From assembly GCA_035515795.1 (NCBI GenBank), contig DATJAY010000035.1, positions 220,048-284,047 of the forward strand: a stretch of DNA of 64,000 bases. The letters run 5' to 3'. The notes beneath the pieces were generated by a model. It was given only the letters and a program-made list of their open reading frames with translations. It made no database searches and was not told the DNA's origin. The position numbers and the translations under genes were made by a program. This DNA comes from Candidatus Acidiferrales bacterium. Its GTDB lineage: Bacteria; Bacteroidota; Ignavibacteria; Kryptoniales; JAKASW01. This document shows, piece after piece, positions 16,635 to 26,532 of the stretch (its first letter is position 1; the number at the start of each line of letters is the position of its first letter).

Positions 16635-18638
16635 GTGAGAAACACTAGGAAAATTCGATATTTAAAATTTCTCAGGACTCTAATTCTCGCCATCGTGCTC
16701 ATATTGAACCATAACTCGGTTCATGCACAAACCTTTTCCTCAGATACGACGTCCGGAGAAAATGAAACCGCAAAGGAAAATATCTTAGAATCTCTTGCGA
16801 GTTACTCGGACGACATTTCTGGAGTATTCGAAAAAATAAACTTAAACTCGGCCTCACCGGAAGAACTCCTTTCGATTCCGGGGATGACTACTATCTTTGC
16901 TTCGTCGATCATCACATACCGCAACAAGGTGAAACTCATCCGGGACATCGACGAGCTTTCAACTCTTGGTGGAGCAACCCCGGAACTAATACTGTCACTG
17001 AAAACCCGCACAGAAACTTCGCCGGCTGGATTTCAACTGTCCGGCTTACAGTCGAGACATAATGACAATCTTTCACTAAATCTCCTTTCATACGCAAGCT
17101 ATTCGCCTCAAAAAGTTTCGCTTTACCGAACCTCGTACCATGATGAAGGGATAAGAAATTTTCAGAAATTTTCTCTCGATTATCATAACGCTGAATTAGA
17201 TGCGATTTCCGACAAAGATCCCGGTCAAAACAACTATTTAAATTTTTACTCGCTCTCACTGTCGATAAGGGACATCTCGATTTTCTCCACGATAAATCTT
17301 GGAGACTACAACATCAGTCTTGGCAACGGTATGCTGTTCTCCGCTCCCGGCAATATATCGAAGTCTGCCGGACCGATTTCGCCGCTCTTCAGCAGACGAG
17401 CGTATTCGCTAAGACCCGATCGGTCGCTTTCCAAGAGCGGTTTTCTCAGAGGGGCAGCATTCGCAATTCCAATTAATGACTTTGAGTTCACGGGATTCGC
17501 ATCAGAAAACAACCTCAATGTCCACATAGACCCCTTCGGAGAAGTGACATCGGTCGATTACTCGGGCTCCGATTTATCGACCGGCTACGCGAGTCTCGTG
17601 GAAAAAATTGGCGGCGGAATTCTGCGGTTTGATTCCCCCGGCGTCGACTGCGGAGCATCGGCGGTTTATTTCTCTTACGACAGACCTTTTGCGAATTATT
17701 ATCTGCAGCACAGATTTCTCGAAGATATCTTCATGCGTACACAATCGGAAGGAGGAGCTTTCTCGGGTGAAATGCTGATCGATAAAGTGGTTTCGGTTTC
17801 AGCGAACGCGGACCTTGATTACAAGGTGGCACAGTTCGCAGTCGGGGTGCGTAACCTCAGATCGCAGAAAATTCCTAATTATTCCGGTGTGCTCTCTGAA
17901 AGTTTCCCGACCCTGCCGGAACAAGGAATCTATTTCGGCGCGACGTTTCATCCGGAGAAAATTGCAGAATTGGGCTTTTATTATGATCGTTTCATTATCG
18001 CTTCAATATCGGGCGGCCCGGATCGAAATGGCGAAGAGATTTTCATCGACTCCCGTGTTAGTATGAACCATGTGGAGGATCCGGTATACGGGGAGAAGTT
18101 GTTTGACGGCACGGCCACCGATATTTACCTCCGATACAGGTATAAGACAAAAGAAGATTTTTACGTCCCGGAATCAGAGTTTCCGACGGCGCAGTCGACG
18201 CTTGCCGGCTACAAGCAGAATTTCAGAGTCGATCTCAGACACAATTTCTCTTCAGCATTTTCGATCCGGGCTAGATTCGAGAAAAATTTTCTTTCTTCCG
18301 GTGAAACCGGCGAACTGTTCCTGTTGGACGCTGCATCAACAATCAAAAGTTTTTCAATCAATTCAAGAATTTGCTTTTACAGCACCGGCTCGTATAACTC
18401 GGCTTTCTATGAAGTGGAAGAAGACCTCCCGGGAATCGGAAAGTACTCGCTACTCTATGGAGATGGCGCACGTATCATGGCGCTGCTGAATTTGAAAATC
18501 ATGCATTCCCTTTCAGTGGGGACAGAAGTCTCCAGAGATATTTACAGCCGGGTCAGACAAGTCACGGTCGGCTCAGCATTAGAGTCTTTTCCGGGAATTA
18601 CTTATTTTAGCTTAGAGTTAAATTATTGCATGGATTGA
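16635..18638 (+). CDS. Large secreted protein: ComEA-like helix-hairpin-helix domain plus ~540-aa beta-rich (barrel-like) domain
   Basis: Signal peptide ..NSVHAQ. INLNSASPEELLSIPGMTTIFASSIITYRNKVKLIRDIDELSTLGG (nt ~16836-17010) fits the HhH/ComEA pattern. The rest is Ser/Tyr/Phe-rich alternating sequence. Confidence 0.6.
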   Translation: MRNTRKIRYLKFLRTLILAIVLILNHNSVHAQTFSSDTTSGENETAKENILESLASYSDDISGVFEKINLNSASPEELLSIPGMTTIFASSIITYRNKVKLIRDIDELSTLGGATPELILSLKTRTETSPAGFQLSGLQSRHNDNLSLNLLSYASYSPQKVSLYRTSYHDEGIRNFQKFSLDYHNAELDAISDKDPGQNNYLNFYSLSLSIRDISIFSTINLGDYNISLGNGMLFSAPGNISKSAGPISPLFSRRAYSLRPDRSLSKSGFLRGAAFAIPINDFEFTGFASENNLNVHIDPFGEVTSVDYSGSDLSTGYASLVEKIGGGILRFDSPGVDCGASAVYFSYDRPFANYYLQHRFLEDIFMRTQSEGGAFSGEMLIDKVVSVSANADLDYKVAQFAVGVRNLRSQKIPNYSGVLSESFPTLPEQGIYFGATFHPEKIAELGFYYDRFIIASISGGPDRNGEEIFIDSRVSMNHVEDPVYGEKLFDGTATDIYLRYRYKTKEDFYVPESEFPTAQSTLAGYKQNFRVDLRHNFSSAFSIRARFEKNFLSSGETGELFLLDAASTIKSFSINSRICFYSTGSYNSAFYEVEEDLPGIGKYSLLYGDGARIMALLNLKIMHSLSVGTEVSRDIYSRVRQVTVGSALESFPGITYFSLELNYCMD

Positions 18639-18701
18639 GGTCCGTGCGGGGAATTCCCCATTATTTACATCGTTACCAGGAAGAATTCGTGAAGTAAAAA
18701 C

Positions 18702-19331
18702 ATGCAAAAATATTCCGTAATAGTTTTCGACTTAGGGAATGTTCTTTTACCCTTCGACTACGATAAAGTCATCAGAGGTTTTGACCAAATTGAAAACGGT
18801 CTGGGATCGAAATTTGCAGATTACTATAAAAACAATTACGACGTCCACAGAAAATTCGAGCGTGGAGAATACACGGTCGAGCAGTTTACCGAAATCATGC
18901 TCGACGTTCTCGAACATAAGGTGAGCAAAGAAACATTCTACGAGATTTATTCGAAGATATTTGAAGTTAATGAGAGGCTTGCCGCGGTTTTGCCGATACT
19001 GAAAAAGAATTACCGCCTGATACTTTTGTCAAATACAAATGCTATTCATAAGGAACATGGATGGGAAAACTATGGGTTCATCAGGTATTTTGACAAGATG
19101 GTCTTGTCCCACGAGGTGGGTGCTGTGAAGCCGGAAGAAAAAATTTACAGGGTCGTTGAAGCGTTTACGCAAAAGGCGCCTCGGGAACACTTTTATGTCG
19201 ATGATATTTCAGAATATGTTTCGGCCGCAAAAAAATTGGGATGGACCGCCATTCAGTTTGTGGGTAATGAGAATCTCTTTGATGAATTTACACAAAAGGG
19301 GATCAAGTGGAATGATGGAATAGCAGGTTAA
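18702..19331 (+). CDS. HAD-superfamily hydrolase (subfamily IA-like)
   Basis: VIVFDLGNVLL (DxG variant of motif I), LLSNTN (motif II), K..E.. and VDDISEYV (motif IV). Confidence 0.8.
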   Translation: MQKYSVIVFDLGNVLLPFDYDKVIRGFDQIENGLGSKFADYYKNNYDVHRKFERGEYTVEQFTEIMLDVLEHKVSKETFYEIYSKIFEVNERLAAVLPILKKNYRLILLSNTNAIHKEHGWENYGFIRYFDKMVLSHEVGAVKPEEKIYRVVEAFTQKAPREHFYVDDISEYVSAAKKLGWTAIQFVGNENLFDEFTQKGIKWNDGIAG

Positions 19332-19368
19332 TAAACCGATGGAGTGATGAATTGGAACTCCTGTAGGG

Positions 19369-19914
19369 TCATTTCAGCAACTCACCAAATTTTTTCCAGT
19401 CGAAATTCCACGGGTCCGTCTTCCTACCTGGAGCTATAGTGCTGTGGCCTAGCACATATCTTATCCGATATTCTTTCTCCAAACACCTGACAAGATTCGC
19501 AAGGGAATTGTATTGCTCCTCCGCGGGCGAACTGTTTTTGGAGTTAATTATTTCTATTCCGATAGAAACTTTGTTCACGTCAGAGGTTCCATCGGGCAGT
19601 CGACTCTTGCCCGCGTGATAAGCAATTTCTTGATCAGAAACCAACCTGTAAATCACCCCACTTCGGTCAATGATATAGTGGGGAGATACGTTTATCCGTC
19701 TGTACTCATCTAAGATTCCATTCATGTCAAATGAATCAGAGGTAAGCGCGTTGTATGACGAATGAATTATTATTGCCACGATTTTTCTCGGATGGCTCGC
19801 TTTCCCGTGACCCCAGGTGATAAAACTGTTCTTAATATCGATTTGGCTGCATGGTGACGTCGGTTTGTCCTGGGAGAACGTGATCAGCAGACTTAAGACG
19901 ATAGCTAAAAACAT
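19369..19914 (-). CDS. N-acetylmuramoyl-L-alanine amidase (Amidase_2 / PGRP fold)
   Basis: IIIHSSY, PHYIIDRSG, AYHAG, SIGIEI, GHSTIAPGRKTDPWNFDW. Confidence 0.85.
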   Translation of the reverse strand: MFLAIVLSLLITFSQDKPTSPCSQIDIKNSFITWGHGKASHPRKIVAIIIHSSYNALTSDSFDMNGILDEYRRINVSPHYIIDRSGVIYRLVSDQEIAYHAGKSRLPDGTSDVNKVSIGIEIINSKNSSPAEEQYNSLANLVRCLEKEYRIRYVLGHSTIAPGRKTDPWNFDWKKFGELLK

Positions 19915-19943
19915 CGACTTATCAAGATTGGAAATCGCAGTGA

Positions 19944-19980
19944 AATAAAAAAGCCGCCTCGAATTGGATAGGCGGCTTCG
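19944..19980 (-). terminator. Rho-independent terminator after nrdJ
   Basis: On the minus strand: AAGCCGCC - loop - GGCGGCTT followed by TTTTTTAT. Confidence 0.6.
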
Positions 19981-20001
19981 TTGTGATTTCCGGAACTTAT
20001 C

Positions 20002-22740
20002 TCAGGAGCATCCACTCGTCGATCCGCAGTTCAGGCATTTATAGCATGCTCCATTTCTAATCATGATCGATCCACATTCATGGCACGGCGGCGCATCCGA
20101 CTGCTCTTTAAACACCTTCTTCTCGGTTTGCTCGAGAGAGATGTTAAACTGAGTTTTCTGATCGGTTTTCGATTCGCCCGAAATTGAGTCCATGATTACC
20201 GACGCCGGCTGGTCTTCGCGTGGAAGGAATTTCAAACCCATCCACCTGAATATATAATCGAGAACCGACTTTGCGATCGGCACTTCTTTGCTGTTGGTGA
20301 AACCGGAAGGCTCGAATCTCATGTGGCTGAACTTATCGACCAGGACTTTCAGCGGCACGCCGTATTGAAGAGCGAGAGAAATTGCGGTGGCAAACCCGTC
20401 CATCAATCCGCTGATGGTCGAGCCTTCCTTGGACATCGTGATAAAAATTTCACCGGGTGCACCATCTTCGTAAAGTCCGACAGTGATATAACCCTCATGT
20501 CCACTGATGCTGAACTTGTGCGTGATCGCTTTTCGCTCGTCGGGAAGCCTGTGTCTGGAAACCCTTGGCGCTTCCTTTTCCGCATGGGTGGCGTTTCCCT
20601 CGTCTTTCTTTGTGCTCAGCGGCTGGGTTCTCTTCGAGCCGTCTCTATAGACCGCGATCGCTTTCAATCCCAATTTCCAGGCTTCGATGTACGCCTGCTC
20701 TATATCTTCAACGGTCGCGTCGGCCGGGAGGTTGACCGTCTTTGAAATTGCTCCCGATATGAACGGCTGGACTGCCGACATCATCTTTATATGGCCCATG
20801 TAATGAATTGAGCGAGTTCCGTTGATTGCCTTGAATGCACAGTCGAAGACAGGCAGATGATTATCCTTCAAATGCGGAGCACCTTCAATGGTCTCGTTCG
20901 CATCTATGTATTTGATAATTTCATCGATTTGTCTTTCGGAATAACCGAGAGTCTTTAATGCGAGTGGAACGGTGTTGTTGACGATCTTAAGATAGCCGCC
21001 GCCAACGAGTTTCTTGTATTTTACAAGCGCGATATCAGGCTCGACACCGGTCGTATCGCAATCCATCATGAACCCGATCGTACCAGTGGGAGCAAGTACA
21101 GAAATTTGTGAGTTTCTATAGCCGTATTCTTTTCCGATTGTCAGCGCATCATCCCACACTTTTCTCGCAGACTCAACAAGATACTTGGGCATCAGCTCCG
21201 AATTAACCTTGTCGACGTGAGCACGGTGCTTCCTTATCACTCCAAGCATCGGCTCACGGTTGACTTCATAACCGTCGAATGAACCAATCGTCTTCGCGAT
21301 CAGAGCGCTCTGTCTGTACCCTTCGCCTGTCATCAGAGCGGTGATTGCTCCGGCGTAGGTTCTCCCCTCTTCACTGTCATAAGGGAGTCCGAGCGACATG
21401 AGAAGTGCGCCCAGGTTCGCGTATCCAATTCCAAGCGGACGGAAGGCAACGCTGTTCTTCTCAATTGCCTTCGTCGGATAGCTTGCGTTGCCGACTATGA
21501 TCTCCTGAGCGGTTATTACGATCTCAACGGCATGCATGAACGAATCGACATCGAATGAACCATCTGCATTTCTGAATTTCATCAGGTTGAGCGAGGCAAG
21601 ATTGCACGCGCTGTCGTCAAGGAACATATACTCGCTGCATGGGTTCGATGCGTTGATCGGCGATGTGTTCGGAGACGTATGCCAGTTATTCACGGTAGTA
21701 TGGAATTGCATTCCCGGGTCACCGCTGATCCATGCTGCATCCGCGATTTCATGCATCATGTGGCGAGCCTTGTACGTACCGGCAGGCTTGCCATCTCGAA
21801 CATTCTTAGTCACCCACTCTTTATCTTCCAGCACTGCGCGCATAAAATCATCGCTTGCGCGGACGCTGTGATTCGCATTTTGAAATTGGACTGAGTCATA
21901 AGCCCCGCCTTGCACATTAAAACCCGGGTCGTAGCCTGCCTCGATTAATGTCCAAGCTTTTTTCTCTTCATCAGATTTGCTCCTGATGAATTCAAGTATA
22001 TCGGGATGATCCGCATTTAAGATAACCATCTTGGCGGCGCGGCGTGTTTTTCCGCCCGACTTAATTACTCCTGCAAACGAATCGAATCCTCGCAGAAATG
22101 AAACAGGGCCGGATGCTGTACCACCACCCGAAAGCTTTTCTTTAGATGATCGAAGAGTTGAAAAGTTCGTTCCTGTACCGCTCCCCCATTTGAACAACAT
22201 GCCTTCGGTTTTTGCGAGATCGAGAATCGACTCCATGGTATCTTTCACTGAGTTGATGAAGCATGCTGAGCATTGCGGCTTTTCTTCAATACCCACGTTA
22301 AACCAAACGGGGCTGTTGAAGGAAACATATTGGTTGACAAGAAGGTATGTGAGTTCATCGTAAAATATCGAGGCATCTTCCTTAGATGCAAAGTATCCAC
22401 CTTTGATTCCCCACTTCGTGAACGTTTTCGCAACACGATCTACAAGCTGCTTTACGCTGGTTTCCCTTTCAGGGGTCCCGAGTTGTCCGTGAAAATATTT
22501 TGAAACCACTACATTTGCCGCGGTCATGCTCCAGAAATCCGGAACCTCAACGTTCTCCTGCTGAAATATGGTTTCGCCCTTTTCGTTCGAGATCGATGCC
22601 GTTCGATTCTCCCAGCGAATTTCATCGAATGGATGCAGCCCCTCCTTCGTGAAACGACGCTGAACGGTCAGCCCCCCCCATTTGGATTGAGCCTTTGTAT
22701 CTTCAGAAACGAAAACATCCGTATATCCCATATATATCAC
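20002..22740 (-). CDS. nrdJ: Adenosylcobalamin-dependent (class II) ribonucleotide reductase
   Basis: 912 aa with GTG start. Long collinear RNR fold (NSPVWFN, CSACFI, SNPCSEY, GIGYANLG, TGTIGFMMDCDTTGVEP) and a C-terminal CxxC..CxxC zinc-ribbon tail typical of NrdJ. Confidence 0.9.
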   Translation of the reverse strand: MIYMGYTDVFVSEDTKAQSKWGGLTVQRRFTKEGLHPFDEIRWENRTASISNEKGETIFQQENVEVPDFWSMTAANVVVSKYFHGQLGTPERETSVKQLVDRVAKTFTKWGIKGGYFASKEDASIFYDELTYLLVNQYVSFNSPVWFNVGIEEKPQCSACFINSVKDTMESILDLAKTEGMLFKWGSGTGTNFSTLRSSKEKLSGGGTASGPVSFLRGFDSFAGVIKSGGKTRRAAKMVILNADHPDILEFIRSKSDEEKKAWTLIEAGYDPGFNVQGGAYDSVQFQNANHSVRASDDFMRAVLEDKEWVTKNVRDGKPAGTYKARHMMHEIADAAWISGDPGMQFHTTVNNWHTSPNTSPINASNPCSEYMFLDDSACNLASLNLMKFRNADGSFDVDSFMHAVEIVITAQEIIVGNASYPTKAIEKNSVAFRPLGIGYANLGALLMSLGLPYDSEEGRTYAGAITALMTGEGYRQSALIAKTIGSFDGYEVNREPMLGVIRKHRAHVDKVNSELMPKYLVESARKVWDDALTIGKEYGYRNSQISVLAPTGTIGFMMDCDTTGVEPDIALVKYKKLVGGGYLKIVNNTVPLALKTLGYSERQIDEIIKYIDANETIEGAPHLKDNHLPVFDCAFKAINGTRSIHYMGHIKMMSAVQPFISGAISKTVNLPADATVEDIEQAYIEAWKLGLKAIAVYRDGSKRTQPLSTKKDEGNATHAEKEAPRVSRHRLPDERKAITHKFSISGHEGYITVGLYEDGAPGEIFITMSKEGSTISGLMDGFATAISLALQYGVPLKVLVDKFSHMRFEPSGFTNSKEVPIAKSVLDYIFRWMGLKFLPREDQPASVIMDSISGESKTDQKTQFNISLEQTEKKVFKEQSDAPPCHECGSIMIRNGACYKCLNCGSTSGCS

Positions 22741-23029
22741 TCCTCCTCTTGCATTGAAATTTTAGCCATCAGCCAGATTCCGTTCAAGTCTCCGACGCTT
22801 CCAAACAACTGGCACTCATGTCAATAAGAACATTGTCAAGTAATTCCCTTCATCAATGAGAATCGGCGTTTAAGTTATCTTTGCAACTCAGCAAAGTCAA
22901 GCATTTAAGCTCAAGAATTGACTTTAGCTCAAATTTTGTTTGGTGTTTTAAGGGTTTTTCTTCCTCAAAATCAAAGGGGGGCTAGAATTTAGTTTAAGTG
23001 GGGGTATCCTCTTGAATTGCAACTTTTTG

Positions 23030-24451
23030 TCAAAACGCAGAGCTTTTCAAGATGTTTTCTACGGCGGCAACCAGCTCTCCAGTGCTGTATGGTTTCTGCA
23101 ACAAACCTTCAGCATATGTTCCCAGAATTGTTTTGAGATCGGAAAGCTCACTGAACCCCGTGCATATCAAAACTTTCGGTGCGTTTTTCATCTTCTTTAT
23201 TTCTACGCATGCTTCTTTGCCTGTCATCACTGGCATAATCATATCCAAGATTGCGAGTTGAATATCCGGGTTCTCTCTCAATTTCTCCAGCGCGTCTTGG
23301 CCATCGTTTGCCGTGATGACTTTGAATCCATGTTCTGTAAGGATATCGAATCCAAGCTGACGGACATTTTCCTCGTCGTCGACGATCAATATTTTGAGTT
23401 CTTTCAACTCGAGAGTCTCAGGAATTTTTTCCTTTGACGTGCGGACAATTTCCTCTGTGCAAACGGGGAGATATATCTTGAACTTCGTTCCAACGCCAGG
23501 CGCAGAATCAACCGCAATGGTGCCGCCGTGCTGTTTCACTATAACGTAAACCTGGCTTAAACTTAACCCCGTGTATTTTTTCTCGGGTTTGGTGGTGAAA
23601 AATGGCTCAAAGATTTTTCGTCTGATTTCCGCGTCCATCCCCGTACCATGGTCTTCAATTTCTATGAAACAGTCACTCGAATTTTCCGGCAAGCCGATCG
23701 AACACTTAATTGTCCCTCCGGTTTCCATAGAGTCTGCGGCGTTGTCCATAATTGCAACGATAACTTGCTTGAACTGCAAAGTACTTATCTTTACCGGAAT
23801 CTGCCGTGATGCCATGGACACCCTAACATCGTATTTGCCCTTTCGGAGGACTTCGAAATCCCTAGTGACATTTTCTACAAATTGTCCCAGGTCGACCACC
23901 TCAACAGATTTGGTATCCAGGTGTGAAAAGCCGAGGACGTGTTTGACCAGTTCCGCCATTTGCTTGGATGAATTTTCAATTATTTCCGCATAATGAAATT
24001 CTTTCGAGTCTGGTTGAAGCTTCTTCTTCAGGAGTGAAGCATAGCCCATTATGTTCCCTACGATGTTGTTCAGGTCATGCGAAAGAGAAGACGCCAACTT
24101 AGCCAAAGTTTCTATCCCCTTCTCGTGAACCAAGGATGAATTATCAGAACCTGTTTTAACGCTGCCCGAGACCGATTTCTTATTTTCAGTTGATCTATCC
24201 AAAGAATTCTCAATACTCGAAGCGTGCTTTGATATCGGGCCACGAAGTCTGGACGACAACCTGGTTATCTTTGACCGCAGCAGATAATTGAGGACGGTTA
24301 GAAGAATGATGATCGCAACCAGAACGCCAATTACGTAGTACAGGTAGTAATGAACATTGAAATCCAAAAGCGACTTAACGTCACGGAACATGATGGTCCC
24401 AAAAGCCATGAGAGATCCCCCAGACGGGACATGCACCTTGAATGGCATCAT
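23030..24451 (-). CDS. Hybrid sensor histidine kinase (TM - HisKA - HATPase_c - receiver)
   Basis: TM helix YYVIGVLVAIIILLTVL. H-box LASSLSHDLNN. DNAADSM, EDHGTGM, GLSLSQV. C-terminal receiver ILIVDDEENV...DMIMPVMTG. ATGA overlap with the upstream regulator gene. Confidence 0.85.
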   Translation of the reverse strand: MMPFKVHVPSGGSLMAFGTIMFRDVKSLLDFNVHYYLYYVIGVLVAIIILLTVLNYLLRSKITRLSSRLRGPISKHASSIENSLDRSTENKKSVSGSVKTGSDNSSLVHEKGIETLAKLASSLSHDLNNIVGNIMGYASLLKKKLQPDSKEFHYAEIIENSSKQMAELVKHVLGFSHLDTKSVEVVDLGQFVENVTRDFEVLRKGKYDVRVSMASRQIPVKISTLQFKQVIVAIMDNAADSMETGGTIKCSIGLPENSSDCFIEIEDHGTGMDAEIRRKIFEPFFTTKPEKKYTGLSLSQVYVIVKQHGGTIAVDSAPGVGTKFKIYLPVCTEEIVRTSKEKIPETLELKELKILIVDDEENVRQLGFDILTEHGFKVITANDGQDALEKLRENPDIQLAILDMIMPVMTGKEACVEIKKMKNAPKVLICTGFSELSDLKTILGTYAEGLLQKPYSTGELVAAVENILKSSAF

Positions 24452-25065
24452 GATATTCCCTTACCACCGAGCTCTTCACCGGACAGAAGATCGAGGACAG
24501 AATGAACTAGTTCTGCGGACGAAATTGGCTTAGCCAGCCACCGGTCTGCCCTCGACCTCTTGAGCCGTTCGATTGACTGCATGGTAAGATTACCGGAGAG
24601 GATAAGGACTTTCAAATCGTAACTTGATTTCCGGTCTGCAATCAGATCGAGAACCTTGAACCCGTCGATTCCCGGCATCATCAGATCCAGAACAACAAGG
24701 TCGGGCTTGAGTTCTCCTAACATTATGAGCCCGTCGTAACCATCCTGTGTTATCGCTATCTCACAGTTGGGTAGCTTATCGTGAAGCACTTCTCTAACCA
24801 TTTCTGCATAAGCTTCATCGTCGTCCACGATAAGTACTCTCTTCGGTCGCTCCCCTCTGAAATCAAAAGTGATGTCCATATTGTGTGCTTTCAGAAATTT
24901 TTTAAGATCAGAGGGCCATATTCTGAAATGCCCGCCCGGGGTTGCATACGCCTTCAACTTACCCGCCCTGATCCAGTTATTTATGGTGCGTGTAGTTACC
25001 CGGCAAACCTGTGCAGCTTGCCCCACACCAAAGGGTCTAGCTACGGCTATTTTTTCAAGGAGCAT
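24448..25065 (-). CDS. Response regulator with N-terminal excisionase/MerR-type HTH and C-terminal receiver domain
   Basis: VGQAAQVCRVTTRTINNWIRAGKLKAYATPGGHFRIWPSDL (HTH_17-like), followed by RVLIVDDDEAY...DLVVLDLMMPGIDG...K (REC). Confidence 0.8.
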   Translation of the reverse strand: MLLEKIAVARPFGVGQAAQVCRVTTRTINNWIRAGKLKAYATPGGHFRIWPSDLKKFLKAHNMDITFDFRGERPKRVLIVDDDEAYAEMVREVLHDKLPNCEIAITQDGYDGLIMLGELKPDLVVLDLMMPGIDGFKVLDLIADRKSSYDLKVLILSGNLTMQSIERLKRSRADRWLAKPISSAELVHSVLDLLSGEELGGKGIS

Positions 25066-25276
25066 TTCCTGTTTTTCCGATTTTTCTTGTTATTCTAATT
25101 TTAGCAAATTCGCTCAAGAATTCCAATTGATTGATATCACTTCTCGTCTTCGGAACAACGTCATCTTTCAAATGGTGAAATCCTCCGTTGCCTGATTTTG
25201 GAAAACAGCACCCTTCAACACCCGACTTGACTTATCATTTCATAAGCATTAAATTTCGGATAGAAATGTCTGATAT

Positions 25277-25726
25277 ATGTCGTTAATATTTAGCAGGCAA
25301 TGCGAATATGCCCTTCAAGCTGTGCTTTACATGTCGGCACAGCCGAACGTAAAATATACAAACATAAACGAGATCAGTGAAAAGCTGGGAATTCCGATGC
25401 CATTTCTGGGCAAGACGCTTCAGCTTCTCGTGAAAGGAAAAGTGCTCTCCTCACTGAAGGGACCGAACGGTGGATTCAAACTTGCAAAGCATCCCGACGA
25501 AATTGCGCTCTTCCATGTTGTCGAAGCCATAGATGGGACCGATTTTCTGACCTCTTGTGTGCTTGGTTTTCCGGAATGTTCAAGCAAAAATCCCTGTCCG
25601 ATGCACCCGGAATGGGGACCTCTTCGAGATCGCGTCTACCAAATGCTCGCGAATAAAACGATCGCAGATTTCTCCAGGGAAATCACCGAAAGCAAGCAGC
25701 TTCGATCCAAACTAAAGGTCGGCTAA
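25277..25726 (+). CDS. Rrf2-family transcriptional regulator (three-Cys, Fe-S type)
   Basis: SRQCEYALQAVLYM winged-helix N-terminus. Cys triad in CVLGFPECSSKNPC. Confidence 0.85.
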   Translation: MSLIFSRQCEYALQAVLYMSAQPNVKYTNINEISEKLGIPMPFLGKTLQLLVKGKVLSSLKGPNGGFKLAKHPDEIALFHVVEAIDGTDFLTSCVLGFPECSSKNPCPMHPEWGPLRDRVYQMLANKTIADFSREITESKQLRSKLKVG

Positions 25727-26064
25727 TTTTTTATGAGTGTATATAGGATAAAATCATCCGAAATATCGTGTGCCCATCGTAAACCTGCGGAAGATGGACC
25801 GGTCAATGTGGTGAAGCCGCAAGACGGAACAAGAATTAGGAAGCTCGCCGACAAGGGGCTCCTGCGAAGTCTGCCCGATCAAATGCACTCTCAAGGCGGC
25901 GCTTGCCCCGAACTCCAGCGGGTTGTCCCAGAAACAATACGCCACTTCACTGCTCGCAGCTTATTTCAGGACCATCGGCATTGCCATATTGTTCGGACTC
26001 TGGCAGAACAATATTTCAAACAGCGAGTATATCCGCCTTTCCAAGAACATTGATGTGACAAATC

Positions 26065-26532
26065 ATGGATTCTGATCTTCGTCCCTCACATCCAATTGCA
26101 ATCCTAAAATGGGAGCATAAGAAACTCGAAGAAAGATTTGACAAGCTACCCAGTATCGTGGCACGTTCCCTTAACGGAAACACGAGAGAGTTTTGTGACA
26201 AGTTAAATCTGGCTCTCAAGTTGCTCGAAGCTCATCAGGAAGCTGAGGAACGTTTTCTCTTTCCGCTAATTCCAAGAATGGAGGACTTCATATTATCGAA
26301 TTTAAAGAAGGAACATCTCTCCATGCTTGACAGAGCGGATATCATTGTATCGTCAAACTCAATCGACGATTGGGCAAACTTGCACCGCGTGATCTTGAGC
26401 CTGAGTACCGATCTCAAAAGTCACTTCTTCAGCGAAGAGGCAACCGTATTCGCGGAAGCCGAAAAGAATTTAACCGTGGCGCAAACAGATATATTGAAAA
26501 TTAAGTTTGCCACAAGAGGATTTATCCTGTGA
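26065..26532 (+). CDS. Hemerythrin-like (HHE cation-binding) domain protein
   Basis: HPIAILKWEHKKLE, HQEAEERFLFP, LKKEHLSM, LKSHFFSEE. This is the repeated H/E ligand pattern of hemerythrin domains. Confidence 0.7.
   Translation: MDSDLRPSHPIAILKWEHKKLEERFDKLPSIVARSLNGNTREFCDKLNLALKLLEAHQEAEERFLFPLIPRMEDFILSNLKKEHLSMLDRADIIVSSNSIDDWANLHRVILSLSTDLKSHFFSEEATVFAEAEKNLTVAQTDILKIKFATRGFIL

Noticed and set aside
22907-25125. The 11-mer GCTCAAGAATT occurs on both sides of the two-component operon.
   Set aside because: Many chance 11-mer matches are expected within 64 kb. No extended repeat surrounds either copy.
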